Shown one piece after another: positions 30,744-40,267 of a DNA stretch of 64,000 nt; positions within the stretch are counted from its first letter, which is position 1; every line of letters begins with the position of its first letter. Below the pieces are notes generated by a model. It searched no databases. It had not been told where the DNA came from and saw only the letters and a program-made list of their open reading frames with translations. The translations under genes and the position numbers were made by a program. Source of the stretch: a candidate division WOR-3 bacterium (lineage in GTDB: Bacteria > Hydrothermota > 32-111); assembly GCA_039804105.1 (NCBI GenBank), contig JBDRZU010000002.1, positions 358,117 through 422,116 on the forward strand, given 5' to 3'.

Positions 30744-30771
30744 ATAATATCTTAAAAATTTTCTAAGTAAA
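30744..30771 (-). promoter_or_regulatory. predicted promoter TTTACT-N16-TATTAT; leaderless lptF mRNA likely
   Basis: -10 ends 7 nt before ATG 30736; no SD. Confidence 0.45.
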
Positions 30772-30774
30772 CAA

Positions 30775-31374
30775 TCATCTAAAAATTTCAGGTCTTTTTT
30801 CTTTATAACTATAATAGGATTCCTTTGAAAGGATCACATGATCGTACATTTCTATTCCCAGTATCTTTCCTGCTTCTATAAGGCGTGTTGTCACAAGATC
30901 ATCTTCATCAGAAGGATCAACATTGTTCGAAGGATGATTATGAGCGACTATAATTCCACATGCCCTGTCAACAATAGGATCAGAAAAAACCTCTCTTGGA
31001 TGAACGAATGTTGTATTAAGAGTTCCAATAAAAACGGTTCTTTTCTGTATAACCTTCATCGAGGAATCCAAACTGATAACTATAAAATTCTCTTGTCGTC
31101 TTTTTGAAATCTCTTTTAAGAATAAAAATACATCTTTTGGTGAAGTGATCCTTCTTTCCTTTTCCCTTAATCTCCTGAATAGTTCAAAAATAGAGCAGAT
31201 TCTTATTTTATCATCGTTTTCAAGTTCTGTTAAAGAATCGTATGAAACTTCCGGAAAATCTGTATAGAGTTTTTCAACAGTTTTTATAAGATTGTCTTCG
31301 CTATAATTTTTTTTTAGAATATTTTTTAAAATATCAACATCTCTCAAACTCTTATACTCTATATTTCCCGCCAT
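30775..31374 (-). CDS. radC: RadC/JAB-domain protein
   Basis: GTLN..VHPREVF, AHNHPS...PS.ED and DHVI motifs. Confidence 0.9.
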   Translation of the reverse strand: MAGNIEYKSLRDVDILKNILKKNYSEDNLIKTVEKLYTDFPEVSYDSLTELENDDKIRICSIFELFRRLREKERRITSPKDVFLFLKEISKRRQENFIVISLDSSMKVIQKRTVFIGTLNTTFVHPREVFSDPIVDRACGIIVAHNHPSNNVDPSDEDDLVTTRLIEAGKILGIEMYDHVILSKESYYSYKEKRPEIFR

Positions 31375-31385
31375 AGATCCCCTCC

Positions 31386-32198
31386 TTAAAAAACTTTTTT
31401 TATTTCATAATCGTAATCTTTTTCTAACAGATTTTTTTCCCAGAAAAACTTTTTTAACTTCACTTTCATATTTTCTTGAATTTTTTCTTCAGTCCCTTTA
31501 TAAAAAGAGATTTTCAAATTTTTATCATCGATTAGTTTCACATTAAAAACACCTTCAACATTTTTTTCCAAAAAAATCTCAAAACATCTCACAGGATATG
31601 CATACTTTTTAGCATTTTTTGTTTCAAAAATCGTAAATTTATCAAAAGAATAATATGGATATGAGAATATTTCGAATCTATCGCACTCTCCCTTTTTAAT
31701 GAAAAACATTTTAAAATCGTTGTCCTGATACGAATAAAGATTAAGAAAAGTTTCAAGATTTTTTAGAAAACCTTTTTTAACAAAACAGTTTCCTTTATAG
31801 TCCATAAAATAAAACCTTTCGATATAAGGGTTTTCCGGATATACATAAGAGTTGAAAGCAGACCTGTAAAAAGATATCTCTTCGATATCATCAACTAAAA
31901 ATGGAACAACTATATCGGTTCTATATTTGAAAAAAACTTCAAGTGGAGATAACCTTTTAAAAAACTCTCTATTACCCAAAATTATGTTGTAAGGTTTTGA
32001 TACAAAAATATCAATAATTTTTTTGTTAGGGATTTTTTCATCAAAAAAATTTATTTCAAAATTTTTATTCACTTTTTTATAATATTCAAAATCACTAAAA
32101 ACAATCACAGATCTTTTTCTCTTCCTCATATAACCTGGGTACACATTTTTTTCTATAATTTTTTTGATATTTTCAAAAAATTTTTCAAACTCTTTCAT
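31386..32198 (-). CDS. hypothetical protein
   Basis: 270-aa ORF in operon; no confident motif. Confidence 0.55.
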   Translation of the reverse strand: MKEFEKFFENIKKIIEKNVYPGYMRKRKRSVIVFSDFEYYKKVNKNFEINFFDEKIPNKKIIDIFVSKPYNIILGNREFFKRLSPLEVFFKYRTDIVVPFLVDDIEEISFYRSAFNSYVYPENPYIERFYFMDYKGNCFVKKGFLKNLETFLNLYSYQDNDFKMFFIKKGECDRFEIFSYPYYSFDKFTIFETKNAKKYAYPVRCFEIFLEKNVEGVFNVKLIDDKNLKISFYKGTEEKIQENMKVKLKKFFWEKNLLEKDYDYEIKKVF

Positions 32199-33504
32199 AA
32201 TACTTTTTTGTTTCCCTGTTGAAACTTCTAATTAGATTTTTAAGATTCTGTATCTCCTCTTCCGAGTATTTATAATAAGATGAAAAAACACTTTTGTTCG
32301 TAAGTAGTGGATCTTTTAGTATATCCTCATACTTGATGTAAAAATCTGTTCTGGGAACAGGTGTAAATTCATTCAAAACAATCCTTACCCTCTTTTCTTT
32401 TAAAAATTTTGCTGTTTTAATAACATCATCCAAATTTTCATTCGGAAGTCCCACAAGTATATAACAAAAAATTTTTCTTCCATCAAAACCATTTTTTAAT
32501 AACAAATCCAAAGCATTTTCAATCTCATCAATGTTCGTTTTATTTCCGGTCTTTGATAGAATATCTTCTGATATCGTCTCTATTGAAAGGGAGATCATTC
32601 CAAGATTTATTCTCTTAAAAATATCCATAACATCTTTTTCTATAAACTTTACATGTAAGCCATTTGAAAAGTTGAATCTGAAACTGTATTTTTTTTCAAT
32701 TATCTTTTCAAATAAAGGTAAGAAATGTTTCTCCTTTTTAAAAAGTAGAGCATCATCATAAAATGTGATATCTTTAACTTTTAACCTTTCGAGAAGATCG
32801 AGTTGCCCTAATATATTATCAAAAGGTAAACAGGAAAAATTTTTATACAGAACAGAAACAGCACAATAACTACATCTATAAGGGCAACCCCTTTGAGTTA
32901 AAACCGCTGCTGATTCGAGTTCAGGATAAAGATCATATGCAGGAATAAGATCCTCAAGAGAAAAATTTTTTTTCAATTTTATATCAGTATTTTCAATTAG
33001 AAATTGATATAAATCATCCACATCGGAAGTAAAAACATAAGATACACCGAGTTCTTTTGCATGCTCAGGTAAAAGTTTCGTATAGACACCACCAACTATT
33101 ATTTTTGTATTCGGGTTTTTTTCCTTAACACTTTCAATCACCTCTTTTACACCCTCATACCAGTATGTCATCATCGATGTGATAAAAACATAATCATAGT
33201 TTTTGTTTGAGATGAACTCTAAAAATTTTTCCTTTGCAACACCATATCTATAATAAGGTCTTTTGAACCATTCAAAAACCTCACTTTTTTTCACCTTTTC
33301 CTTTCTGAACTTTCCTGTTGAAAAGAATTTACTTTTATATTTTTTTTCTAGAAAAATAGATTTTCTATCCATAAAATCAAAATAGTCAAAGTCGATCGTG
33401 TTACCTCTTAAAAATGATGCAACATACAAAAGTCCAAGAGGTTTTAACCAGTAATCGTAACAGGTGAAATCATATATTGGGGGATTTACTAAGAGTATTT
33501 GCAT
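32185..33504 (-). CDS. B12-binding-domain radical SAM protein
   Basis: ILLVNPP, KPLGLLY, IVGGVY and RGCPYRCSYC (CxxxCxxC); start taken at ATG 33504. Confidence 0.88.
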   Translation of the reverse strand: MQILLVNPPIYDFTCYDYWLKPLGLLYVASFLRGNTIDFDYFDFMDRKSIFLEKKYKSKFFSTGKFRKEKVKKSEVFEWFKRPYYRYGVAKEKFLEFISNKNYDYVFITSMMTYWYEGVKEVIESVKEKNPNTKIIVGGVYTKLLPEHAKELGVSYVFTSDVDDLYQFLIENTDIKLKKNFSLEDLIPAYDLYPELESAAVLTQRGCPYRCSYCAVSVLYKNFSCLPFDNILGQLDLLERLKVKDITFYDDALLFKKEKHFLPLFEKIIEKKYSFRFNFSNGLHVKFIEKDVMDIFKRINLGMISLSIETISEDILSKTGNKTNIDEIENALDLLLKNGFDGRKIFCYILVGLPNENLDDVIKTAKFLKEKRVRIVLNEFTPVPRTDFYIKYEDILKDPLLTNKSVFSSYYKYSEEEIQNLKNLIRSFNRETKKYYERV

Positions 33505-34738
33505 ATTTGAAGATAAAATCACTCTTTGAAAACATTGAAGGAAAATTTTTATAGGACTTTATTCCAAGGATAAGAGTTCGTATGTTATCAACATAGGTTA
33601 AATAATTTTCCAATTTTGCAGGATCTATCGAAACATTCTTTTCGTTTTTAATCTTTAAAGGATTTATAAACTTGTCATTTTTTTTCACCGCAAAATGTAG
33701 ATGGTATCCTGTTGCATAACCTGTTTTTCCAACATAACCTATAACTTCACCCTGTTTCACAAACTTCCCAACCTTGATATCTTTCGCATACGAATGAAGA
33801 TGACAGTACTCACTCTGATATCCATTTTCATGATCTATTCTTACCGTTTTTCCACCGATATAGTTGTATCCAACAAAAATTATATAACCATCTGTAGCAG
33901 CGTACACAGGAGTTTTCTTTGGAGCAGAATAATCAACAGCATAATGGGGAATGTATCTTTTTAAAATCGGATGATACCTTTTCGAAGTGAAAGTGGATGA
34001 TATTCTGTAATAGGTTGCAAGAGGTGATTTTAAAAATGTTCCTTCAAGAGAGTTGCCATTCTGATCGTAATAAATCTTTCCATTTCCATCATCATACAAA
34101 AATGCTTCATACAGATTCTCATCGTTTTCAAAAGATGCGTATATTATATCTCCATACTGATAGAATTCATCATCTATATATTTTTTTTCAAAAAGTATTA
34201 CAAATTTATCACCCTTTTTTACTTCTGAAAAGACATCTAATCTCCAGTCAAAGATTTTTGTAAATTTCAAAGCCAATTTTTCAGTTTCACCTTTTTGTTT
34301 GATAGCATTTACAATGTTATCCTCAACTTCACCCTCTATAAACTCTATAGAAACAGTTGGCTCATTGCTTAAAATATAAGAATTATATTTTGAAGTATAT
34401 TCAACGATGTATGTTTTTGAGAGATCATTTTTGTATTCAAGCCTTCTAAAGTTAAAATTTTCATCAGTAAAAATGAATATCTGATCATTTACATCAATTT
34501 TTTTGGGAGGATAAATTTTAGAAAAATATTTTATTATGGAATCGATAACATCATTTTTAAGATGAGATCTTCTTAAGATACCAATAAAAGTTTCTCCTTT
34601 GGTGAATTCATATTTTACACCAACATAATCTTTTCTTTGATTTTCAACATCTTTTGTTATCTCACCTTTTAGAAACTTTACATAAACAAAAGATGTCAGC
34701 AGAAAAATTAAAAATGAAAGATAGAAAATCTTCTTCAA
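33470..34738 (-). CDS. M23 peptidoglycan DD-endopeptidase (MepM/Csd3-like)
   Basis: RYHPIL, HYAVD (HxxxD), YCHL and TGYHLHF (HxH) motifs. Confidence 0.88.
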   Translation of the reverse strand: MKKIFYLSFLIFLLTSFVYVKFLKGEITKDVENQRKDYVGVKYEFTKGETFIGILRRSHLKNDVIDSIIKYFSKIYPPKKIDVNDQIFIFTDENFNFRRLEYKNDLSKTYIVEYTSKYNSYILSNEPTVSIEFIEGEVEDNIVNAIKQKGETEKLALKFTKIFDWRLDVFSEVKKGDKFVILFEKKYIDDEFYQYGDIIYASFENDENLYEAFLYDDGNGKIYYDQNGNSLEGTFLKSPLATYYRISSTFTSKRYHPILKRYIPHYAVDYSAPKKTPVYAATDGYIIFVGYNYIGGKTVRIDHENGYQSEYCHLHSYAKDIKVGKFVKQGEVIGYVGKTGYATGYHLHFAVKKNDKFINPLKIKNEKNVSIDPAKLENYLTYVDNIRTLILGIKSYKNFPSMFSKSDFIFKYANTLSKSPNI

Positions 34739-35589
34739 TCTTTTAAACCACTCCTTGAATAACTTTCTATTATCTGTCTCTGAGCGATGAAAAACATTAT
34801 GATAAGTGGTAAAACCACAAATGTTGATGCAGCCATAAGTAAGGTATAATTTGTTGATTGTTCCTGAATAAAATACGCGAGTCCAACCTGAACCGGTCTT
34901 ATTGAATCAGAGTTTGTCACAACAAGTGGCCAGATAAAAGAATTCCATGAAGAGAGAATTGAAAATATCGATATAGTTGTTAAAGCTGGCTTTGAAAGGG
35001 GAACTACAACTTTAAACAAAAAACCGATATCAGAGTATCCATCAATCACAGCAGCATCATAAAGATCCCTTGGTATAGTTTTGAAATGTTGTCTTAAAAG
35101 GAAAATTGAGAAAACATTTGCCATCCATGGTACAATCTGAGCATAGTAAGTATCAATCCACCCCATCTTTTGCAAAATCATATACCCTGGAACTATGTAA
35201 ACAGGCATAGGAATCATCATAAGACCAAGTAAAGAAACAAAAAGAATCTCACGACCTTTAAAATCCAGTCTTGCAAAAGCATAAGCAGCAAGTATCGATG
35301 TGAAGAGTGTTCCAGCAAGTTGCGCAAGAGCGATAAAGATAGTATTCAGAAAATATCTTGTAAAATTAACCTTGTTCCATGCTGTAACATAATTTTTCAG
35401 TTGGGGATTTTTGGGTAAGATGGATGGTGGAAATTTAACAGCTTCAACAGGAGTTTTCAAAGATGTTGAAACCATCCAGAAAAATGGGAAAAGTATCGTT
35501 AACGCAATAATGATAAGAATAAGATAGGTAAAAAGCATTGAAAAATTTATTTTTTTTACTCTATTCATAAAAGACATTTTTTTCTCCAT
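34735..35589 (-). CDS. carbohydrate ABC transporter permease
   Basis: PFFWMVSTSLK, DAAVIDG (EAA-like loop) and WNSFIWP motifs. Confidence 0.9.
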   Translation of the reverse strand: MEKKMSFMNRVKKINFSMLFTYLILIIIALTILFPFFWMVSTSLKTPVEAVKFPPSILPKNPQLKNYVTAWNKVNFTRYFLNTIFIALAQLAGTLFTSILAAYAFARLDFKGREILFVSLLGLMMIPMPVYIVPGYMILQKMGWIDTYYAQIVPWMANVFSIFLLRQHFKTIPRDLYDAAVIDGYSDIGFLFKVVVPLSKPALTTISIFSILSSWNSFIWPLVVTNSDSIRPVQVGLAYFIQEQSTNYTLLMAASTFVVLPLIIMFFIAQRQIIESYSRSGLKD

Positions 35590-36499
35590 ATTTTTTCTGA
35601 ACTATAGTTAAAAAAAGTATTATCAAAAATAGAATAAAAGCTATAGCCGTGCCATAACCATACTTTCCATAGTTGAACGCCATATCGTAAAGATAATAAA
35701 CGATTACATTAGTCGTTCCAAGAGGTCCACCAGCGGGAGGTCCAGTCATCATCCATACTGGAGCGAAAACCTGAAAACTTGTTATCGTTGTCATTATAAA
35801 AACATAGAAAGTTGTTGGGGAAAGTAATGGTAATGTTATATGCCTGAAAGTTTGCCATTTTGATGCTCCATCAATTTTTGCTGATTCATAGTAATGTTCT
35901 GGTATATTCTGGAGTCCAGCAAGAAAAATGATCACATTGTATCCTATCGATTTCCAGATTGTCATGATTGATAAAGAAAAAAGAGCGAGAGAGGGACCTT
36001 CAAGAATCTTTGGTAGGTCGGTTTGAAAAATCATTTCAAAGATTCCCCTTGGTTCTTCAAGCCATTTTAATGGTGACATTCCAAGAGATGTCAGAATATA
36101 GTTAGCGATACCTATCTTTGGATGGTATATCCATTTCCATACAAAGGATATCGCAATTATCGATGTAACTTCTGGTAAAAAGTATGTTGTTCTGAAAAAT
36201 CCTTTAAATTTTATTTTTTGGTTTAAAAGAATTGCGATAAACATTGAGATGATGATAGTTCCTGGCAGAACCATTATAACATACCAGAGTGTATTCAATA
36301 ATGACTGGTAAAATTTTTCATCCTTAAAAATTTCCAGATAGTTTCCAAAACCAACAAAAGATCCTTTTCCAGCGATTCCCCAATTAAAAAAACTAATAAA
36401 AAAAGATAAGATTATAGGAAAAAACCTGAAAACAAGAAGAATTATTAGTGCAGGGGATAAAAAAAGGATTGCTTTAAAAAATTTTTTTCTTTCGTTCAT
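35561..36499 (-). CDS. carbohydrate ABC transporter permease
   Basis: FVGFGNY, GLQNIP..YESAKIDGA and SFQVF motifs; start taken at ATG 36499. Confidence 0.9.
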   Translation of the reverse strand: MNERKKFFKAILFLSPALIILLVFRFFPIILSFFISFFNWGIAGKGSFVGFGNYLEIFKDEKFYQSLLNTLWYVIMVLPGTIIISMFIAILLNQKIKFKGFFRTTYFLPEVTSIIAISFVWKWIYHPKIGIANYILTSLGMSPLKWLEEPRGIFEMIFQTDLPKILEGPSLALFSLSIMTIWKSIGYNVIIFLAGLQNIPEHYYESAKIDGASKWQTFRHITLPLLSPTTFYVFIMTTITSFQVFAPVWMMTGPPAGGPLGTTNVIVYYLYDMAFNYGKYGYGTAIAFILFLIILFLTIVQKKYGEKNVFYE

Positions 36500-36510
36500 A
36501 TTATATTTAG

Positions 36511-36538
36511 ATTTTATATTATCGAAACTTTTTGTCAA
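36511..36538 (-). promoter_or_regulatory. predicted promoter TTGACA-N16-TAAAAT for the permease operon
   Basis: Motif on the minus strand, very short leader. Confidence 0.6.
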
Positions 36539-36546
36539 CATTCTGG

Positions 36547-36575
36547 TTGACAAAATTTTATTGTATATATAGAAT
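36547..36575 (+). promoter_or_regulatory. predicted promoter TTGACA-N17-TAGAAT for the M20 peptidase
   Basis: Motif divergent from the previous promoter. Confidence 0.55.
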
Positions 36576-36603
36576 AGTTTTGTCAAATTAAAAAGGAGTG
36601 TTT

Positions 36604-37752
36604 ATGTTTAACATCAATAAGGAAAGGTTGATCAACGATTTTTTAAATATGGTTAAGATAAGTTCCGAATCCTATGATGAAAAATTGATGGGTGATTATT
36701 GTAAAAAAATTCTTAAGGATGAGTTCGGACTTGAAATATACGAAGATGATGCTTCGACAAAAATTGGATCGAATCAGTCCAACATAATTGCAAAATACAG
36801 AGGTAATCCTCGAAAAAAAACTTTACTTTTTTGTGCACATATTGATACTGTAAAACCCGGGAAAAATATTAATCCTATCTATGAAAATGGTAAAATATCA
36901 TCTGATGGAAAAACGGTTCTTGGTGCTGATGACAAATCAGGCATAGCATCACTTTTTGAGGCATTAAGAATAGTTAAAGAGAATGAACTCGATGTTCCCG
37001 ATATCGAAATAGTGTTAACCGTGGCTGAAGAGGTCGGCCTTAAGGGAGCAAAAAATCTTGACTTTTCAGTTTTGAAAGCAAAAGAAGGGTATGCTTTAGA
37101 CAGTGAAGATATAGAGGGAATCTTCAACAGAGCACCATCTCAAAATTTTATAGATATAACGGTTGAAGGTATAGAATCACATGCTGGAATGTCCCCCGAA
37201 AAGGGTATATCTGCGATTAAAGTTTTAAGTGATGCGATTTCAAACATGCCGTTTGGAAGGATCGATAGTGAAACAACTGCAAACATAGGAGTTATTGAGG
37301 GTGGACTCGCTTCAAATATAGTTGCAAAAAAATGTTCTGTTAAAGGAGAGGTTAGAAGTCACGATGAGGAAAGATTAAAATATTATACTGAAAAAATCAA
37401 AGAAGCGGTTTATAATGCGATAAGTAAAAATAGAATCACTTTACCTGATGGATCTGTAAAAACTGCAACATGTAAAATTGAAGTTGAAAAAGCATACTCT
37501 GCTATGTATGTGAAAGATGATGAACCTGTTTTACAGAGAGCGATAAATGTTTATAAGAATCTTAAAATTCCTTACAGAATTTTAACAGGTGGCGGTGGTT
37601 CTGATGCAAACATTTTTAATGAACATGGTATTAAAACGATAATCTTAGGTACCGGGATGAAAAATGTTCATACAGTCGATGAATATATTCTTGAAAACGA
37701 CCTTATCATGTTAACCAGAATAATTTTAGGTTTAATGACTTACGATCAATAG
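36604..37752 (+). CDS. M20 peptidase T-like protein
   Basis: AHIDTV, LGADDKSG, AEEVG, GGGSDAN and HTVDE motifs. Confidence 0.9.
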   Translation: MFNINKERLINDFLNMVKISSESYDEKLMGDYCKKILKDEFGLEIYEDDASTKIGSNQSNIIAKYRGNPRKKTLLFCAHIDTVKPGKNINPIYENGKISSDGKTVLGADDKSGIASLFEALRIVKENELDVPDIEIVLTVAEEVGLKGAKNLDFSVLKAKEGYALDSEDIEGIFNRAPSQNFIDITVEGIESHAGMSPEKGISAIKVLSDAISNMPFGRIDSETTANIGVIEGGLASNIVAKKCSVKGEVRSHDEERLKYYTEKIKEAVYNAISKNRITLPDGSVKTATCKIEVEKAYSAMYVKDDEPVLQRAINVYKNLKIPYRILTGGGGSDANIFNEHGIKTIILGTGMKNVHTVDEYILENDLIMLTRIILGLMTYDQ

Positions 37753-37769
37753 TTTTTGTTAAATTCTTA

Positions 37770-37797
37770 TTGACATTTTCTTGTAAATCTTTATTAT
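37770..37797 (+). promoter_or_regulatory. predicted promoter TTGACA-N16-TATTAT for EF-G2
   Basis: Motif upstream of an AGGAGG SD. Confidence 0.65.
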
Positions 37798-37836
37798 ATT
37801 AAATCTATTTTTTTATTAAACTAAAAGGAGGATATT

Positions 37837-39912
37837 TTGGCTGATATTAAAACAAATGACATCAGAAACATAGCAATCGTTGGACACAACGGAGCAGGTA
37901 AAACAAGTTTTGGTGAAACTATACTTTTTAATACAGGTTTCACAACAAGGTTGAATAAGGTTGATGAAAAAAATTCTATGCTTGACTATACAGATGAGGA
38001 AATGGCAAGAAGTATAACAATAGGACTCAAACTTGCGACCGTAAAATGGCAGGATAAAACTATCAATTTCATCGATACTCCCGGTTTCGTTGATTTCTTT
38101 GGTGAGGTTATATCAGCTTCAAAAGTTGTAGAATCTTTCATTTTTATTATCGATGGTTCAACCGGAGTAGATCTTGGAACTGAAAATGCGTGGGAATTGA
38201 GAAAGAAAGAAAAACTTGCAGGACTTTTTGTTATCAATAAGATGAAAAGAGAAAATGTTGATTATGAGAAAGTTTTTCAGGAAATAAAAAATTCACTCTC
38301 AGAAAGTGCAACCCTGATCCAACTTCCAATAGGAAGTGGGCCAAATTTTAAAGGAGTAGTTGATCTTATCACCGGTAAAGCATACATTTACGAGAATGGT
38401 AAAAAAAGTGAAACTCAGGTTCCAGGGGATATTAAAGATTTTGTTGAAAAGATGAAAAAAGAACTACTTGAACAGATTGCTTCATCCGATGAAACATTGA
38501 TGGAGAAGTTTTTCTCTGATAGTTTGTCTCAGGAAGACATAAATACTGGATTTTTAAACGCAATAAAAAATGGAACACTCTATCCTGTATGTTTTACAGA
38601 TTCTGTTGAAAACATTGGCGCTGATCTTGTGCTTGATTATATAATAAAATATCTTCCTTCCCCAGCAGACCTTAATATCAGAAGACCTCTTGAATCTGAA
38701 ACTTATCCTGAAAAGCCCGATCAGAATTCTCCTTTTGCAGGTTTTGTTTTTAAAACAAATGTTGAAAAACACTTGGGTGACATAAACTTTGTCAGGGTAT
38801 TTTCAGGTGTTTTGAAATCAGGGAGTGAAATTTACAACAGTTCAAAAAATGTCACCGAGAAGGTCAACCAGATGTATATAAACATTGGAAAAGAGAGAAA
38901 AGAGATAGATGAATTGACAACAGGAATGATAGGGGTTTTGGTAAAATTAAAATCAACAAAAACTTCTGATACAATATGTGATAAATCAATTAACATTAAA
39001 TTCCCACCTATAGAATTTCCTCATGCGAACGTTTCAATGGCGATAATTCCTCTTGCAAAAGGTGATGAAGAAAAAATTTCTAACGGATTATCAAAATTAC
39101 ATGAAGAGGATCCATCATTCTACTTTAAGTTTGACCCTGAAATCAAACAAACACTCATTCATGGACTTGGAACGATCCATCTTGAAGTTATAATAAACAA
39201 ATTAAAAGAAAAATTTGGAGTGAATGTTAATCTTGAAAAACCAAGGATCAAATACAGAGAAACGATTAAAAAGACAGCATCAGCAGAAGGAAAACATAAA
39301 AAACAATCTGGTGGAAGAGGACAGTTCGGTGTGTGTAATGTTAAATTTGAACCACTCCCAAGAGGAACTGGATTCCAGTTTGTTGATGAAATTTTTGGTG
39401 GTGCGATACCAGCAAAATTTGTCCCATCTGTTGAAAAAGGGATAAAGGATGCACTTGAAAAAGGAGTTGTTGCAGGTTATCCAATAGTTGATGTAAAAGC
39501 GGTCCTTTTTGATGGAAAATACCACGATGTTGATTCATCCGATATAGCGTTCCAGATCGCTGGATCACTTGCAGTAAAAGGTGCAATACCACAAGCAGAT
39601 CCTGTAATCCTTGAACCCATAATGAATGTTGAAATAACTGTCCCAGAAGAGTATATGGGTGATATCATGGGCGATATCAATGCCAGAAGGGGAAAAATTC
39701 TTGGAACAGAGCATGCTGGAAGATACCAAAAGATAAAAGCGTTGATACCTGAGGCTGAAATGTATCAATACTCTTCACAACTCAGATCGATGACACAGGG
39801 TAGAGGTACATTTAAGATGGAATTTGAGACATACGAAGAAGTTCCAAGAGAAAAGGTTGCGAAGATTATTGAGGAAGCGAAAAGATTTCAAGAGGAACAA
39901 CAGGAAAAATGA
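37837..39912 (+). CDS. fusA: elongation factor G paralogue (EF-G2 type)
   Basis: GHNGAGKT, DTPGF, KQSGGRGQFG, HDVDSS and LRSMTQGRG motifs; stand-alone, outside the str operon. Confidence 0.88.
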   Translation: MADIKTNDIRNIAIVGHNGAGKTSFGETILFNTGFTTRLNKVDEKNSMLDYTDEEMARSITIGLKLATVKWQDKTINFIDTPGFVDFFGEVISASKVVESFIFIIDGSTGVDLGTENAWELRKKEKLAGLFVINKMKRENVDYEKVFQEIKNSLSESATLIQLPIGSGPNFKGVVDLITGKAYIYENGKKSETQVPGDIKDFVEKMKKELLEQIASSDETLMEKFFSDSLSQEDINTGFLNAIKNGTLYPVCFTDSVENIGADLVLDYIIKYLPSPADLNIRRPLESETYPEKPDQNSPFAGFVFKTNVEKHLGDINFVRVFSGVLKSGSEIYNSSKNVTEKVNQMYINIGKERKEIDELTTGMIGVLVKLKSTKTSDTICDKSINIKFPPIEFPHANVSMAIIPLAKGDEEKISNGLSKLHEEDPSFYFKFDPEIKQTLIHGLGTIHLEVIINKLKEKFGVNVNLEKPRIKYRETIKKTASAEGKHKKQSGGRGQFGVCNVKFEPLPRGTGFQFVDEIFGGAIPAKFVPSVEKGIKDALEKGVVAGYPIVDVKAVLFDGKYHDVDSSDIAFQIAGSLAVKGAIPQADPVILEPIMNVEITVPEEYMGDIMGDINARRGKILGTEHAGRYQKIKALIPEAEMYQYSSQLRSMTQGRGTFKMEFETYEEVPREKVAKIIEEAKRFQEEQQEK

Positions 39913-40263
39913 TCATTTCAGATCATATCTGTTTTCAATATACTGTTTAAAATCCTTTAATCCTTCAGAAAATTTGATGAAGAGAGCATCAAGAGTGCTC
40001 TCTTCATCCTGTAATATTCTGTTTTTACCAAAAAGTTCAATCTTTTTGGCAAGTTCCATAAGATCAAAAAGATTAAAATTCCCAACAACACTTTTGAATG
40101 CATGCGACTGTTTTGCAATCTGTTCAAAATTTCGTTCTTTTATTGCCTTTTCAAGCAAAGGAAATCTCTGATTATAATCGAATACAAACGCTTTCAAAAT
40201 ATCCTTAAAATCATCGGAGTCCTTTCCAAAAAGTTCTTCAAGTGATGAAAGATCGTAATCCAT
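39913..40263 (-). CDS. stand-alone Hpt (histidine phosphotransfer) protein
   Basis: SHAFKSVVGNF (HxxKS) four-helix pattern. Confidence 0.75.
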   Translation of the reverse strand: MDYDLSSLEELFGKDSDDFKDILKAFVFDYNQRFPLLEKAIKERNFEQIAKQSHAFKSVVGNFNLFDLMELAKKIELFGKNRILQDEESTLDALFIKFSEGLKDFKQYIENRYDLK

Positions 40264-40267
40264 AAAT

